Source of the DNA: Nemertoderma westbladi
Lineage: Eukaryota; Animalia; Xenacoelomorpha
Length of the DNA: 32,861 nucleotides
Assembly: GCA_032718475.1 (NCBI GenBank)
Contig: JAUCBJ010005040.1
Span: 1-32,861 of the forward strand
Reading direction: 5' to 3'
Part shown: positions 10,253-21,099 of the stretch, one piece after another
How the letters are laid out: every line of letters starts with the position of its first letter
How positions within the stretch are numbered: the first letter of the stretch is position 1
Program-made: the position numbers and the translations under genes
Notes under the pieces: generated by a model
Seen by the model: only the letters and a program-made list of their open reading frames with translations
What the model was told of the DNA's origin: nothing
The model's database searches: none

Positions 10253-12637
10253 GTGAGTTTACCTGTTACAAACATTATTAATTATACCAACTTCGATATA
10301 ATATAAATAATTGAATTAACTTCTATATGTGTCTATTGTTTTTCTTTCCCTCATATGGTAACCATTGACCATATTGTAATCATCAACTGAACTTGTTCTC
10401 TATTTGGAAATATAGATTCGCTATTCTGTTTACCTTAGCTGAAAGATAATTGGTTTCGCAACGTTAGTGAGTCAATGATTAGCGCCATTATAATGGCCAC
10501 GGATGTAAGATCTTCAACACTGACCATCCTAGGATTTACCATAATGTTAAATGTGCTTATTATGTCAAATCAGGAACAGGAGATAAAGTTTCAGATCATG
10601 GTGATTCGTATATGTGGATGGATTTGTCGGCGAAGCTGTTTTCGTTTGTTTTTGTGTAGGGTTGAGGGTGTGCCCCAACTGGAGATAAACAGGAGGGGCC
10701 ATGGCAAGCCGCATCTGCATTTCGGATTGGAGTGCTACAACATTCGGGAGGGGTGGGGGGCATTCCAGCACACCAGTCAGCCCGGCCTATGCGTCTGTAA
10801 GATCCAAAGATGTGGAATTCATTAGTTTGGTAGCATTATTGACGAGCCGCCCGAATCGAGATCCTTCAGAGACAAGGGATGAGTTGAAGATAAACCAGTT
10901 GCAGAAATCAAGAGTTTAGCAAGATAGCACTGTGATGGATGTACTGTGATGGGACGGACAGCTTGTGATTCCATGAGTTAATACAGAGTGGATCATAGTT
11001 TTGTTAAACGCTTATTGTCAATACAACAAACTTTGTACATTGAGTTAAGATGAATAAATGCATATCGCGTTGTCGTAATTGTGTCTTTCCTTTCTGATAT
11101 CTGACCCATTTCAGATTTAATTAATAAATTTATTTAATCACTTTATTTTTGCCTCCTGAAGATCCGTGGAACTCCTTACCAAGCACAAAGTTCATTACCG
11201 GTAAACCATTAAAGGCTCTCAGACAGTCTGGCAATACATCGCAATTGTCTGGCAATGCTTACGGATATGGACATTCCGGCAATAGTTTGCAATTGTCTGG
11301 CAATGCTTACGGGTTGTATGACGGTGGTGGTAGTCCCAAACCTGGCCGCTTATTCAACTTAATGTCTTCAATTAGTAACATTAACTTAGCTGAAGGCGAA
11401 GGTATTTTAGACGCTTCTGTTTTATATTTAATATATTGTTAAACTTATTGCAATTTCTGTTATTTTCTATTTTTACATTGATTTTGAATTGCAGGTCCTT
11501 CAGACTTTAAGCTTGCTCACTTCCTAACTCACGACGGACTTAAAAACGGTCGTTTTAACTTACATAAGGGTAACTAACATAGTCCGTCCGTATAACAGCC
11601 TATCAACGTTCAATGTATCAATGTTAGCCTTTCCATCTTATATGTCTTAGCAACACAGTTTCTATCCAGTTCGCACCTCTCCTGTAGTTTAAACGAATTT
11701 TCAAAAATATTTCAACTAATTTTTATCGAAATTTTTTATTTCAAATGTAAATGCATTTTAATTTATTATGATATGCTTGTATTAGCAGATAGGGGTGGGG
11801 GGGGGGGGGGGGGGGGTTAGTATATCTGACTATAATGCCAACGTTTTTGTGGTGTGTTTTGGCGAAAACGTTAATTAATAATCGGAGACTAAATTTGGTC
11901 TGTACTTATATTTTAGATTCCACAGAATATTAATCACATTATCTTGTGCTCAACTCTTAGTTTAATGGACGAAACATTTTGAAGCTTTTCTTGTATTTTT
12001 TGGCATGTTTGTGTTTATCATTTATTGCACACGTCAACACGTGTTCAGGCCTTTAAGATTTACTCATTTCCTAGCATTTCTTATTTGTTTACTTATCCAA
12101 CTTTAGTAATTTCAAATTATTTGATAATTTGGATCTTTTATCCCACATGTTTTTGATATTTTATTTAACCCCTGTTTCCCATGTGCTGGAATTCTCACCG
12201 TATTTCCATGTTATGTAATTGATTGTTAAATTTTACTTAATTAAAACCGCAGTTTTGGGGCAGCGGTAAATTAAATGGACTGAAATGCAACACCTACAGT
12301 AATTACTACTTAACTTCTACTCCAATTTAGCAGTTGGATATACTTTCACTATTAACTATGCTCAACTAACATACAGTATACTGTAGGCTAGAATCCTACG
12401 TTGTTACTTTCGAGTGAAGCAGCATTAAACGCCTATCTTAAAATCTCTGCGTTAAAATACCTGTAATCGTCATTGTTGATTCTTGCTTCCCCTTCCAGTA
12501 TCAACAATCTACTAAATGTACATATGTGGTTTAATGTAAACCTTCAGTCTCTAAAACCTGTATTTGTAAGCAGAACCATATAGGCCTACTGTACTGTCGT
12601 ACTGTAATAAGACGCAACCGCTCACTGCTGTTAGTCA

Positions 12638-14029
12638 CTTCCCAAGAAGGGCAACCTAACACTCTATGGTTCTTTTCGGGAAATATCATTGATCTCGATT
12701 GCTGCAAAGCTATACAATAGAATTATATTCAATCGCATCAGGGATCCCATTGAGAGACTGCTCCATGGAAATCAGAATGGGTTCCGTAAAGGTCGTGGGA
12801 CCATGGAGCCCATTTTGGCACTTAGAAGGATAATTGAAGAGTTATCAAAAAAGAAAGACAGGCATCTGGCTGTTATCTTTGTTGACTTCTTCAAGGCCTT
12901 TGATTCAGTCTCTCTCTCACGTATGTTCAGCATACTTTCATTATATGGGATTCCTGATGAAATTATTGCAGCAATCAGATCAGTATACGATGGTTCGACA
13001 ACATTTGTGTCTACTGTTGACGGTGACACAGAACCATTTGAAGTGTTATGGGGCGTCCTCCAGGGAGACACACTTGCACCATTTTTGTTCATAATTGTGG
13101 TGGACTATGTTCTACGCATGTCCTTAGATCATCATAATGATGATGGGGTGATGGTAACTACACCTACTGGCTCCAGAACTCGAGGAAATCCTGCCAAGTA
13201 TCTAACTGATCTAGACTTTGCTGATGACTTAGGAGTACCCTCAGAATCACTAGAGGGAACCCAACGGCTCCTCAACTCATTAGAACAGGCTGCTTCTAGT
13301 GTTGGTCTTTTTATTAACTCCAAAAAGACCAACATTTTGACAGTTAACTTTGAAAGTCCTCAGCAAGTCTCTGACCGGATGAGCATAAGCTCAAAGGATG
13401 GTATGCATGAGCATGTGGACGACTTCTGTTACCTGGGTTCATATATCCGGAAGTAAGGGTTCTATGAATATGGCTTGGGCAGTCTTCAATAGGTTTTCCA
13501 GGATTTGGAAGTCACAAAGAATTAATCGGAAACTTAAGGTCCGATTATTTAGAGCAGCAGTAGTTACAGTACTCCTCTTTGGGAGTCCATGCGGTGCTCT
13601 AACTGCGGAGGACACCAAATCTCTCGATGGCACATTCACAAGAATGCTACGCCGGGTTTACTGTGTCAAGTACAATGCACACATCTCCAACCAGACACTA
13701 TATAACATTGTAGGTGTCTCATTGGTTCCCTCAAGCTTGACACTAGAACAAAGCCGCCTCCGCTTTGCAGGACATTGCTTTCGCCGTGAGGACCAGCCAG
13801 TGCATTATCTTGTGCTTGGCAGCCTCATGGAGCGAATAAGCGTGGTGGATACCCCATGACTTTATTGGGACGCATCTTAAAGGACACTGTCCTTGAAGAT
13901 GCGGATGATCTAGCAAAAGTCATGGGTGATAGGGAGTTGTGGCCTCGCAATTTTGTCGACAAGCTGCCACAGCATTCTTTAAAATGCAGCTGCAATGCAG
14001 CATGCAGATCCTAGTAGTAGTAGTAGTAT
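12638..14029 (+). mobile_element. 5'-truncated RTE-type LINE (copy 2) with TSD
   Basis: 255-aa RT ORF (NQNGFRKGR, FVDFFKAFDS, GVLQGDTLAPFLF, LDFADDL, DFCYLGS) and a frameshifted C-terminus RLRFAGHCFRR. (TAG)n tail. 10-bp TSD CTGTTAGTCA at 12628-12637 and 14030-14039. Confidence 0.95.
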
Positions 14030-14153
14030 CTGTTAGTCAATATCACTCATTAAATTTGATGTTTAAACATAAGCAATATAGTAAGTAGCCTTTCTTTTTA
14101 TTAAATATTTTCATTTTTGAATAAAATGACATAAAACGACTCGCTATAGTTCT

Positions 14154-15715
14154 GGTTATATTGAAAAATATCGAGACATGAAAAATATCGAGAGTAAAAA
14201 TAACGCGAGTAAAAACATCGAGTGTTGAAAAATAACGATAATATCGAGAGTTCAAAAAATATCGAGAGTAAAAATATCGAGTGTTGAAAAATATCGAGAG
14301 TAAAAATATCTAGTGTTGAAAAATATCGAGAGTAAAAATATCGAGTGTTGAAAAATATCGAGAGTAAAAATATCGAGTGTTGAAAAATATCGAGAGTAAA
14401 AATATCGAGTGTTGAAAAATATCGAGAGTAAAAATATCGAGTGTTGTAAAATATCGAGAGTAAAAATATCGAGTGTTGAAAAATATCGAGAGTAAAAATA
14501 TCGAGTGTTGAAAAATATCGAGAGTAAAAATATCGAGTGTTGAAAAATATCGAGAGTAAAAATATCGAGTGTTGAAAAATATCGAGAGTAAAAATATCGA
14601 GTGTTGAAAAATATCGAGAGTAAAAATATCGAGTGTTGTAAAATATCGAGAGTAAAAATATCGAGTGTTGAAAAATATCGAGTGTTGAAAAATATCGAGT
14701 GTTGAAAAATATCGAGAGTAAAAATATCGAGTGTTGAAAAAAATATAGAATGTTGAAAAATATCGAGAGTAAAAATATCGATAGTAACAATTTTTTTAAA
14801 TAAGGGTTGTATGATAATTTTTTTTTCTAAAAATGTTCTAGAACAACAATATTTATCAACATTTGGTAGCTTATACGTGTTCTAATATAATATTTAACAA
14901 TATTTATAATATTTATCAAAATTTATAGCTAGCACTTATTTATAATATTTATTAAAAAAATAGCAAAAACTAGCTAGTATAATAAATCTGGTAAATGGGT
15001 ACCCAAGGTGTATTACATAATGCCATTCACTTGCACTTGCACTGTTGTAACCCATGCACTGCAATATTGTTCCATAATTCTAAATAAAATGCTCAAGCAA
15101 AATGCAATATTTTTACTCTCGATATTTTTCAACACTCGATATTTTTCAACACTCGATATTTTTACTCTCGATATTTTTCAACACTCGATATTTTCAACAC
15201 TCGTTATTTTTACTCTCGATATTTTTCAACACTCGATATTTTTACTCTCGATATTTTTACTCTCGATATTTTTCAACACTCGATACTTTTCAACACTCGA
15301 TACTTTTCAACACTCGATGTTTTTCAACACTCGATATTTTTACTCTCGATATTTTTCAACACTCGATATTTTTACTCTCGATATTTTTCAACACTCGATA
15401 TTTTTCAACACTCGATATTTTTCAACTCTCGATATTTTTCAACACTCGATATTTTTACTCTCGATATTTTTCAACACTCGATATTTTTACTCTCGATATT
15501 TTTCAACACTCGATATTTTTACTCTCGATATTTTTCAACACTCGATATTTTTCAACACTCGTTATTTTCGATATTTTTCATCTCGCGTTATTTTTACTCT
15601 CGATATTTTTTAATCAAGTTAATTTTCAACACTCGTTATTTTTACTCTCGATATTTTTACTCTCGTTATTTTTACTCTCGATATTTTTCAAGTCTCGATA
15701 TTTTTCACCATTACC
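14154..15715. mobile_element. foldback-type DNA element with modular tandem-array TIRs (possibly Mutator-like)
   Basis: Left arm about 14154-14790 is built of 15/17-bp units AAAAATATCGAGAGT/AAAAATATCGAGTGTTG. Right arm about 15105-15715 is the inverted array. Outer ends match (GGT...ACC). Near-perfect 8-bp TSD ATAGTTCT (14146-14153) / ATAGTGCT (15716-15723). AT-rich spacer of about 315 bp. Confidence 0.88.
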
Positions 15716-16097
15716 ATAGTGCTAGATTGTAAGACTTGATGTAGGCTAAATAGTTAATATTATACTTTTTCTAATTTAGCAATTTTTTCATTTCGGGTAA
15801 ATTGAAATCAACAACTTCCTCTAAATCTGTGCAATATGTATACTGTACGTACAGTATCTTCATGAAACATAATCTATAACAAGTCATCCCAAGCTTTATC
15901 CCAAGTATGTTTTATGTTTATAAATACGCGTAAATTCTTGCGAATGGCACATGCAATGCGAGGCTGCCTCTGTCAGGTGCATGCGAGCGATGCAATGCAG
16001 CGCATTTACTATGATGTATTTTTAATAAATTTAATTTGTTATTTAATAGGTTAAAATAAACCTTTTTTTATATTGATGAACTGTTTGTTTATTTTAG

Positions 16098-16248
16098 AGG
16101 ATAGAGCCAGTCAAATAGAGTTTGAGAGGATATTGAAGATGGTAGATCCACATAAATGCGGTTACGTCACGTTCCAGGCCTTCCTGGACTTTATGACGCG
16201 ACAAAATGCAGAGACTGAAAGCGCCGGGGCCCTTATTGAATCGTTCAG
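16098..16248 (+). CDS. ACTN: alpha-actinin exon E (EF-hand 2)
   Basis: attttAG acceptor, GTTGGT donor at 16249. (E)DRASQIEFERILKMVDPHKCGYVTFQAFLDFMTRQNAETESAGALIESF(R) matches EF.RI...VDP...G.VTFQAF.DFM.R. Phase 1 in, phase 2 out. Confidence 0.94.
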
Positions 16249-16559
16249 GTTGGTTTAACAGACTCAACCAATATTGAATCACATCAAAAATATGGAAACG
16301 TTATTCAATCACACTACCATTCACTATGTGTTACTTTACTAGACACTAAATAATATGGTTATGGTTATAGATAGTTGAAAGTTCGGGAGTTAGAGTGGAG
16401 CCTTTCAGTGGAAGAGTGGTGTAATTCTACCGTAAATTGATTTAGTTTAAATATTGTGTTAGTTAGAGACACTGGGGTACTGTAATTATCCTCCTTCCCA
16501 ATAGGATTTTTTATGTCCTTTTGTTGTCCCTTTAATGACTTTTTATGTATGTATTTCTT

Positions 16560-16870
16560 CAAACTGTCAGACTGCTGATTTCTGGACTGTCAGACAGTTG
16601 ATTTCAACATGCCTATGCCAAAACATTCAAAATTTGTTGATTTCTGGTCTGTCGGACAGTTGGTTTCACTATGCCTGTGCCAAAACATTCAAAAATTTGT
16701 TGATTTCTTGACTGTCAGACAGTTTAATTTACAATAATTGTGGCAAAACATTCAAAATTCCATGATTTATAGACTATGAGATAGATTTCCATACGCGCCT
16801 GTGGTAAAAGACTTTAAATTTAATAGTTTGTGGTTGTTGTCGATAATTGATTACCACATGACGTAGCAAA
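16560..16870. repeat. degenerate ~62-bp tandem repeat (~5 units)
   Basis: gatttctggactgtcagacagttgatttc..tgccaaaacattcaaaatttgtt recurs at about 16577, 16639, 16702 and 16764. Confidence 0.8.
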
Positions 16871-16904
16871 ACACTCATTTTATAGCCAAAAACAATTACC
16901 AATT

Positions 16905-17395
16905 GATGGAAAGGAGCAGGTTAAGGCCGAGTTTTCTAACCAAAACAATAAACAGTCACTTTACCAAATCAGGGAAAGGAGCAGGTTACAGAGACGGGAT
17001 TTTCTAACCAAAACAATAAACGATCACTTAACTAATTGAGGGAAAGGAGCAGGTTACAGAGGCGGGATTTTCTAACCAAAACAATACACGATCACTTAAC
17101 TTATTGAGGGAAAGGAGCAGGTTACAGAGGCGGGATTTTCTAACCAAAACAATAAACGATCATTTAACTAATTGAGGGAAAGGGACAGGTTACAGAGGCG
17201 GAATTTTCTAACCAAAACAATAAACGATCACTTAACTAATTGAGGGAAAGGAGCAGGTTACAGAGGCGGGATTTTCTAACCAAAACAATAAACAGTCACT
17301 TTACCAAATGAATGAAAGGAGCAGGTTACAGAGGCGGGCCTTTCTAACCAAAACAATAAACGATACCACTTTACCAATTGAGGAAAAGGAGCATT
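16905..17395. repeat. 68-bp tandem repeat (~7-8 units)
   Basis: ggaaaggagcaggttacagaggcgggattttctaaccaaaacaataaacgatcacttaactaattgag recurs at 17041, 17109, 17177 and 17245. Confidence 0.92.
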
Positions 17396-18295
17396 TTACG
17401 GCGGCATTATTTTACATTATGTACAGTTGTATATATCCTTTATTTTGACAACTTTTTGCTTTTTATCTAAAACCGGTCCGATATTTTCGATATCAGTGTG
17501 TTTCAAATGGGGAATAAGTAGATTTTTCGAACACATTGTATGTGGCGTGGCTGATCTGTTAGTTTGGAACTACTGTAGGCCTACATTATAGATTTAGAGC
17601 TACCACCACTACAGCAACCCATAGCATTACAGTAGTCATGATCCATTTTAAATGCATTATCCAGATATGTACCTATTATCTAAAATTTATTAATTATTTA
17701 AAAGGTAGCGTGGTCAGCCGGTACTAAAATTCTGAAATAAGTTTATTAATTACCATCATTCTCTCATTTACAACTGTTTAGGCTACATATCAGAGTACCG
17801 GTATCAGTATTATTGTACAGGAGCTGAGTAGTATAATGCTATATAATTCTTTCTAAGGCATAGGCTTTATACCTACACATACAATACAGCAATACTGCAA
17901 AATACTGCTGTATATACTAATACCGGTACTGATAACCTAAGAAAACATCAGTAGAGAAACCGGTAGCACGGAATCTAACGGTAGATTTCTGGCGGACATA
18001 AAAAGTCAATAAAAAGGGACATTATGAGTGTTTTAAACGGACAAGAAAAAGGAAAATTAAAAAAAGGAGATGGGAGAAGGGGGGGGGGGGGGGGGGGGGG
18101 GCAGAAACTAAAGACAATTTAACAGGTTACATTTATATTTTGGGAGTAATCAGCTGTTACTTGCGTCGATTTTCCCCCGGGGAGCGATGGATTTTGATTG
18201 GGTTGAAAGTCTCACCCCTATCTGAGAAAAGGGGAAAGAAATAAGGGAAAAATTTTTATGAATAGGTTTTTTTATGTAAATTTTAACTTTTGTAG

Positions 18296-18482
18296 AACTT
18301 TAGCTGACGGTAAACCCTACATAATGAGAGAGAACATAGTGGATAACCTGCCCCCCGACCAGGCCAAGTACTGCCTACAGCTAATGCCGCGATACGACAA
18401 GGACAACAGCCCACCTGGCGCTCTAGACTACGTACAATTCGCGCGTAAACTAATGGTTAGAGGCATGGACGATGAATTATAG
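18296..18482 (+). CDS. ACTN: alpha-actinin terminal coding exon F (EF-hands 3-4, stop)
   Basis: ttttgtAG acceptor. (R)TLADGKPYIMRENIVDNLPPDQAKYCLQLMPRYDKDNSPPGALDYVQFARKLMVRGMDDEL* contains the LPPDQA.YC and PGALDY actinin motifs. TAG ends at 18482. Confidence 0.95.
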
Positions 18483-19214
18483 ACTCACGCAGATCATAAC
18501 AGAAGCAATAATAATAACATTTACGACGATAAATACATTTATTTCAGTTTTAAAAGTTTCGCGTCGTTTACTATTAGTTGCTATGGCGATGGGGCTTTAA
18601 TTATTGCAGTAATTATAAAATGCAGCAGGTACCTGTGATTATACATATTATGCAGCTGTATCAATAATTATTGCAGTAATAATTGTTATACATTGCAGAT
18701 ACAGGAACGGGTAACAGTAATTTTACAATCCAGGTATCGCTAATTATTATACATTTATTTAGTTTATGGCGTGATGTTTTACAAAACATTATTAGTTTTT
18801 TTTTTTGTCATTTATTCCTAGTTGTGTGACATCATCAATTCATTGTGAATTCAGTATGACAGAAGCTGCCCCATCTTGTACAGTAATATAAATTCGTAAA
18901 GAAGAACTGTGCTACGAAAATGTGTCTTGTTATGAGGATTTTGTTATATTTAAGGTTAACTGTCACTTGCCCAATGAGTCACTAACCTAATACATTATTT
19001 TAATTATTTGCTACTACTGTACTTCACTCACATTTTTATGCTTTTATTAATAATTATTATCTTCCTTATTAAACTACAGATTTTTTCAATATGTAATAGA
19101 GGTGTTCGTAGACAAATAATATTGTTCAAATATAATATTGGCAATATGTTAATTAATTTGTAATAATGTATTACAGTCCCTTTAAGGTTTATTTTACAAA
19201 AAGATGATAAAAAG

Positions 19215-20415
19215 ATGCAGTGTGTATTGTTGGGATTGCCGCGGGCACTTGGTTTTGGTGGGGTGCTGCGGGCAGTGGGTTTCGGTGAGGTGCCGCGGGC
19301 AGTGGATTTTGGTGGGGTGCCGCGAGCAGCGGGTTTTGGTGGGGTGCCACGGGCAGTTGGTTTTGGTGGAGTGCCGCGAGCAGTGAGTTTTGGTGGGGTG
19401 TCACTGGCAGTTGGTTTTGGTGGGGTGCCGCGGGCAGTGGGTTTTGTTGCGGTGACGCGGGCAGTGGGTTTTGGTGGGTGTCGCGGGCAGTGTGTATTGT
19501 TGGGGTGCCGCAGGAATTGTGTATTATTGCGGTGCCGCGAGCAGTGGGTTTTGGTGGGGTGCCGCGGGCAGTGGGATTTGGTGAGGTGTCGCGGGCAGTG
19601 TGTATTGTTGGGGTGCCGCGGGCAGTGTGTATTGTTGGGGTGCCGCAGGAAGTGTGTATAGTTGGGGTGCCGCGAGCAGTGGGTTTGGGTGGGGTGCCGC
19701 GGGTAGTGGGTTTTGGTGAGGTGTCGCGGGCAGTGTGTATTGTTTGAGGTGCCGCGGGCAGTGTGTATTGTTGGGGTGACGCGGGCAGTGGGTTTTAGTG
19801 GGGTGCCACGGGCAGTTAGTTTTGGTTGGGTGCTGCGGGCAGTGGGTTTTGTTGGGGTGCCACGGGCAGTTGGTTTTGGTGGGGTGCCGCGGGCAGTGGG
19901 TTTTGGTGGGTGCCGCGGGCAGTGTGTATTGTTGTGATGCCGCAGGAAGTGTGTATTGTTGGGGTGCCGCGAGCAGTGGGTTTTGGTGGGGTGCCGCGGA
20001 CAGTGGGTTTTGGTGAGGTATCGCGGGCAGTGTGTATTGTTGGGGTGCCGGGGGCATTGTGTATTGTTCGGGTGCCGCAGGAAGTGTGAATTGTTGGGGT
20101 GCCGCTAGCAGTGGGTTTTGGTGGTGTGCTCTGGGCAGTGGGTTTTGGTGAGGTGTCGCGGGCGGTGTTTATTGTTGGGGTAACGCGGGCAGTGGGTTTT
20201 GGTGGGGTGCCACGGGCAGTTGGTTTTGGTGGGGTGCCGCGAGCAGTTCGTTTTGGTGGGGTGCCGCGAGCAGTGGGTTTTGGTGGGGTACCGCGGGCAG
20301 TGGGTTTTGGTGAGGTATCGCGGGCAGTGTGTATTGTTGGGGTGCCGCGGGCAGTGTGTATTGTTGGGGTGCCGCGGGCAGTGGGTTTTGGTGGGGTGCC
20401 GCGGGCAGTGCGTTT
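19215..20415. repeat. GC-rich 27-bp minisatellite (~44 units)
   Basis: Unit GGGGTGCCGCGGGCAGTGGGTTTTGGT with variant GGGGTGCCGCGGGCAGTGTGTATTGTT. It explains the GGVPRAVGF-type ORFs. Confidence 0.95.
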
Positions 20416-21099
20416 TTGTAAGCAATGACCTATTGGGGAAATAGCATATTGGGCAAGTGACTGCACCCCATATTTAGGATATTGCTGCATAGCGGCTGCA
20501 GCAACTATTAATTTGTTTACCGGTACTGTATTTGAAGTGCAGTAACCTATTAAATAGTAAGGTAGGCCTGGCCTATATTGCAATGACATTAGATTTTATT
20601 ATAGGCCGAGTTAGTAATAATATTAAAATGTTTTGAACTACATTTTTTATGCTTTTTATCTTAGTTAGGTGAATTATAATATTAGTTTGCAGAACTCAGA
20701 ATATTTAATGGTAGATAATATAATATTAAACAATAGCTACAGTAGTTTATAATTAAATTAATAATAATAATTGTATGTTATCTCTTTCATTTTGTTTAAT
20801 ATATTGGTAAAGCTATTACAATCTTTATTTATTACCTTGTAACTCGATATTCATATAATGTTAATTCAATTTATACAGTAACTGTAACATTAACTTGTAT
20901 TTCAACCACTATAAATTTCACATAGTAAGTAGTCTTATATTAATTATAATTTAATATATTTATATTGTGTATTCCACCAAAAGTATTTCAGTTTTTTTCA
21001 GAAGCATTTAATTTAATAGCACAAATTTAATTCGCCAATGTTATTATAATTATTATTAATTTAATTGCTAATTCTTATGTATAATTCTGTTATAATTCT

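Noticed and set aside
12689-13456. RT as retron, DGR or group II intron system
   Set aside because: Motifs, C-terminal region, (TAG)n tail, TSD and 5' truncation identify an ordinary non-LTR RTE-type retrotransposon.
14101-15719. 200-229 aa ORFs (LLSIFFNTRYF...)
   Set aside because: Translations of the 15/17-bp foldback arrays, with no protein-like complexity.
19189-20589. Many overlapping ORFs on both strands (GGVPRAVGF, PQQYTLPAA)
   Set aside because: Artefacts of a stop-poor 27-bp minisatellite, open in nearly all frames.
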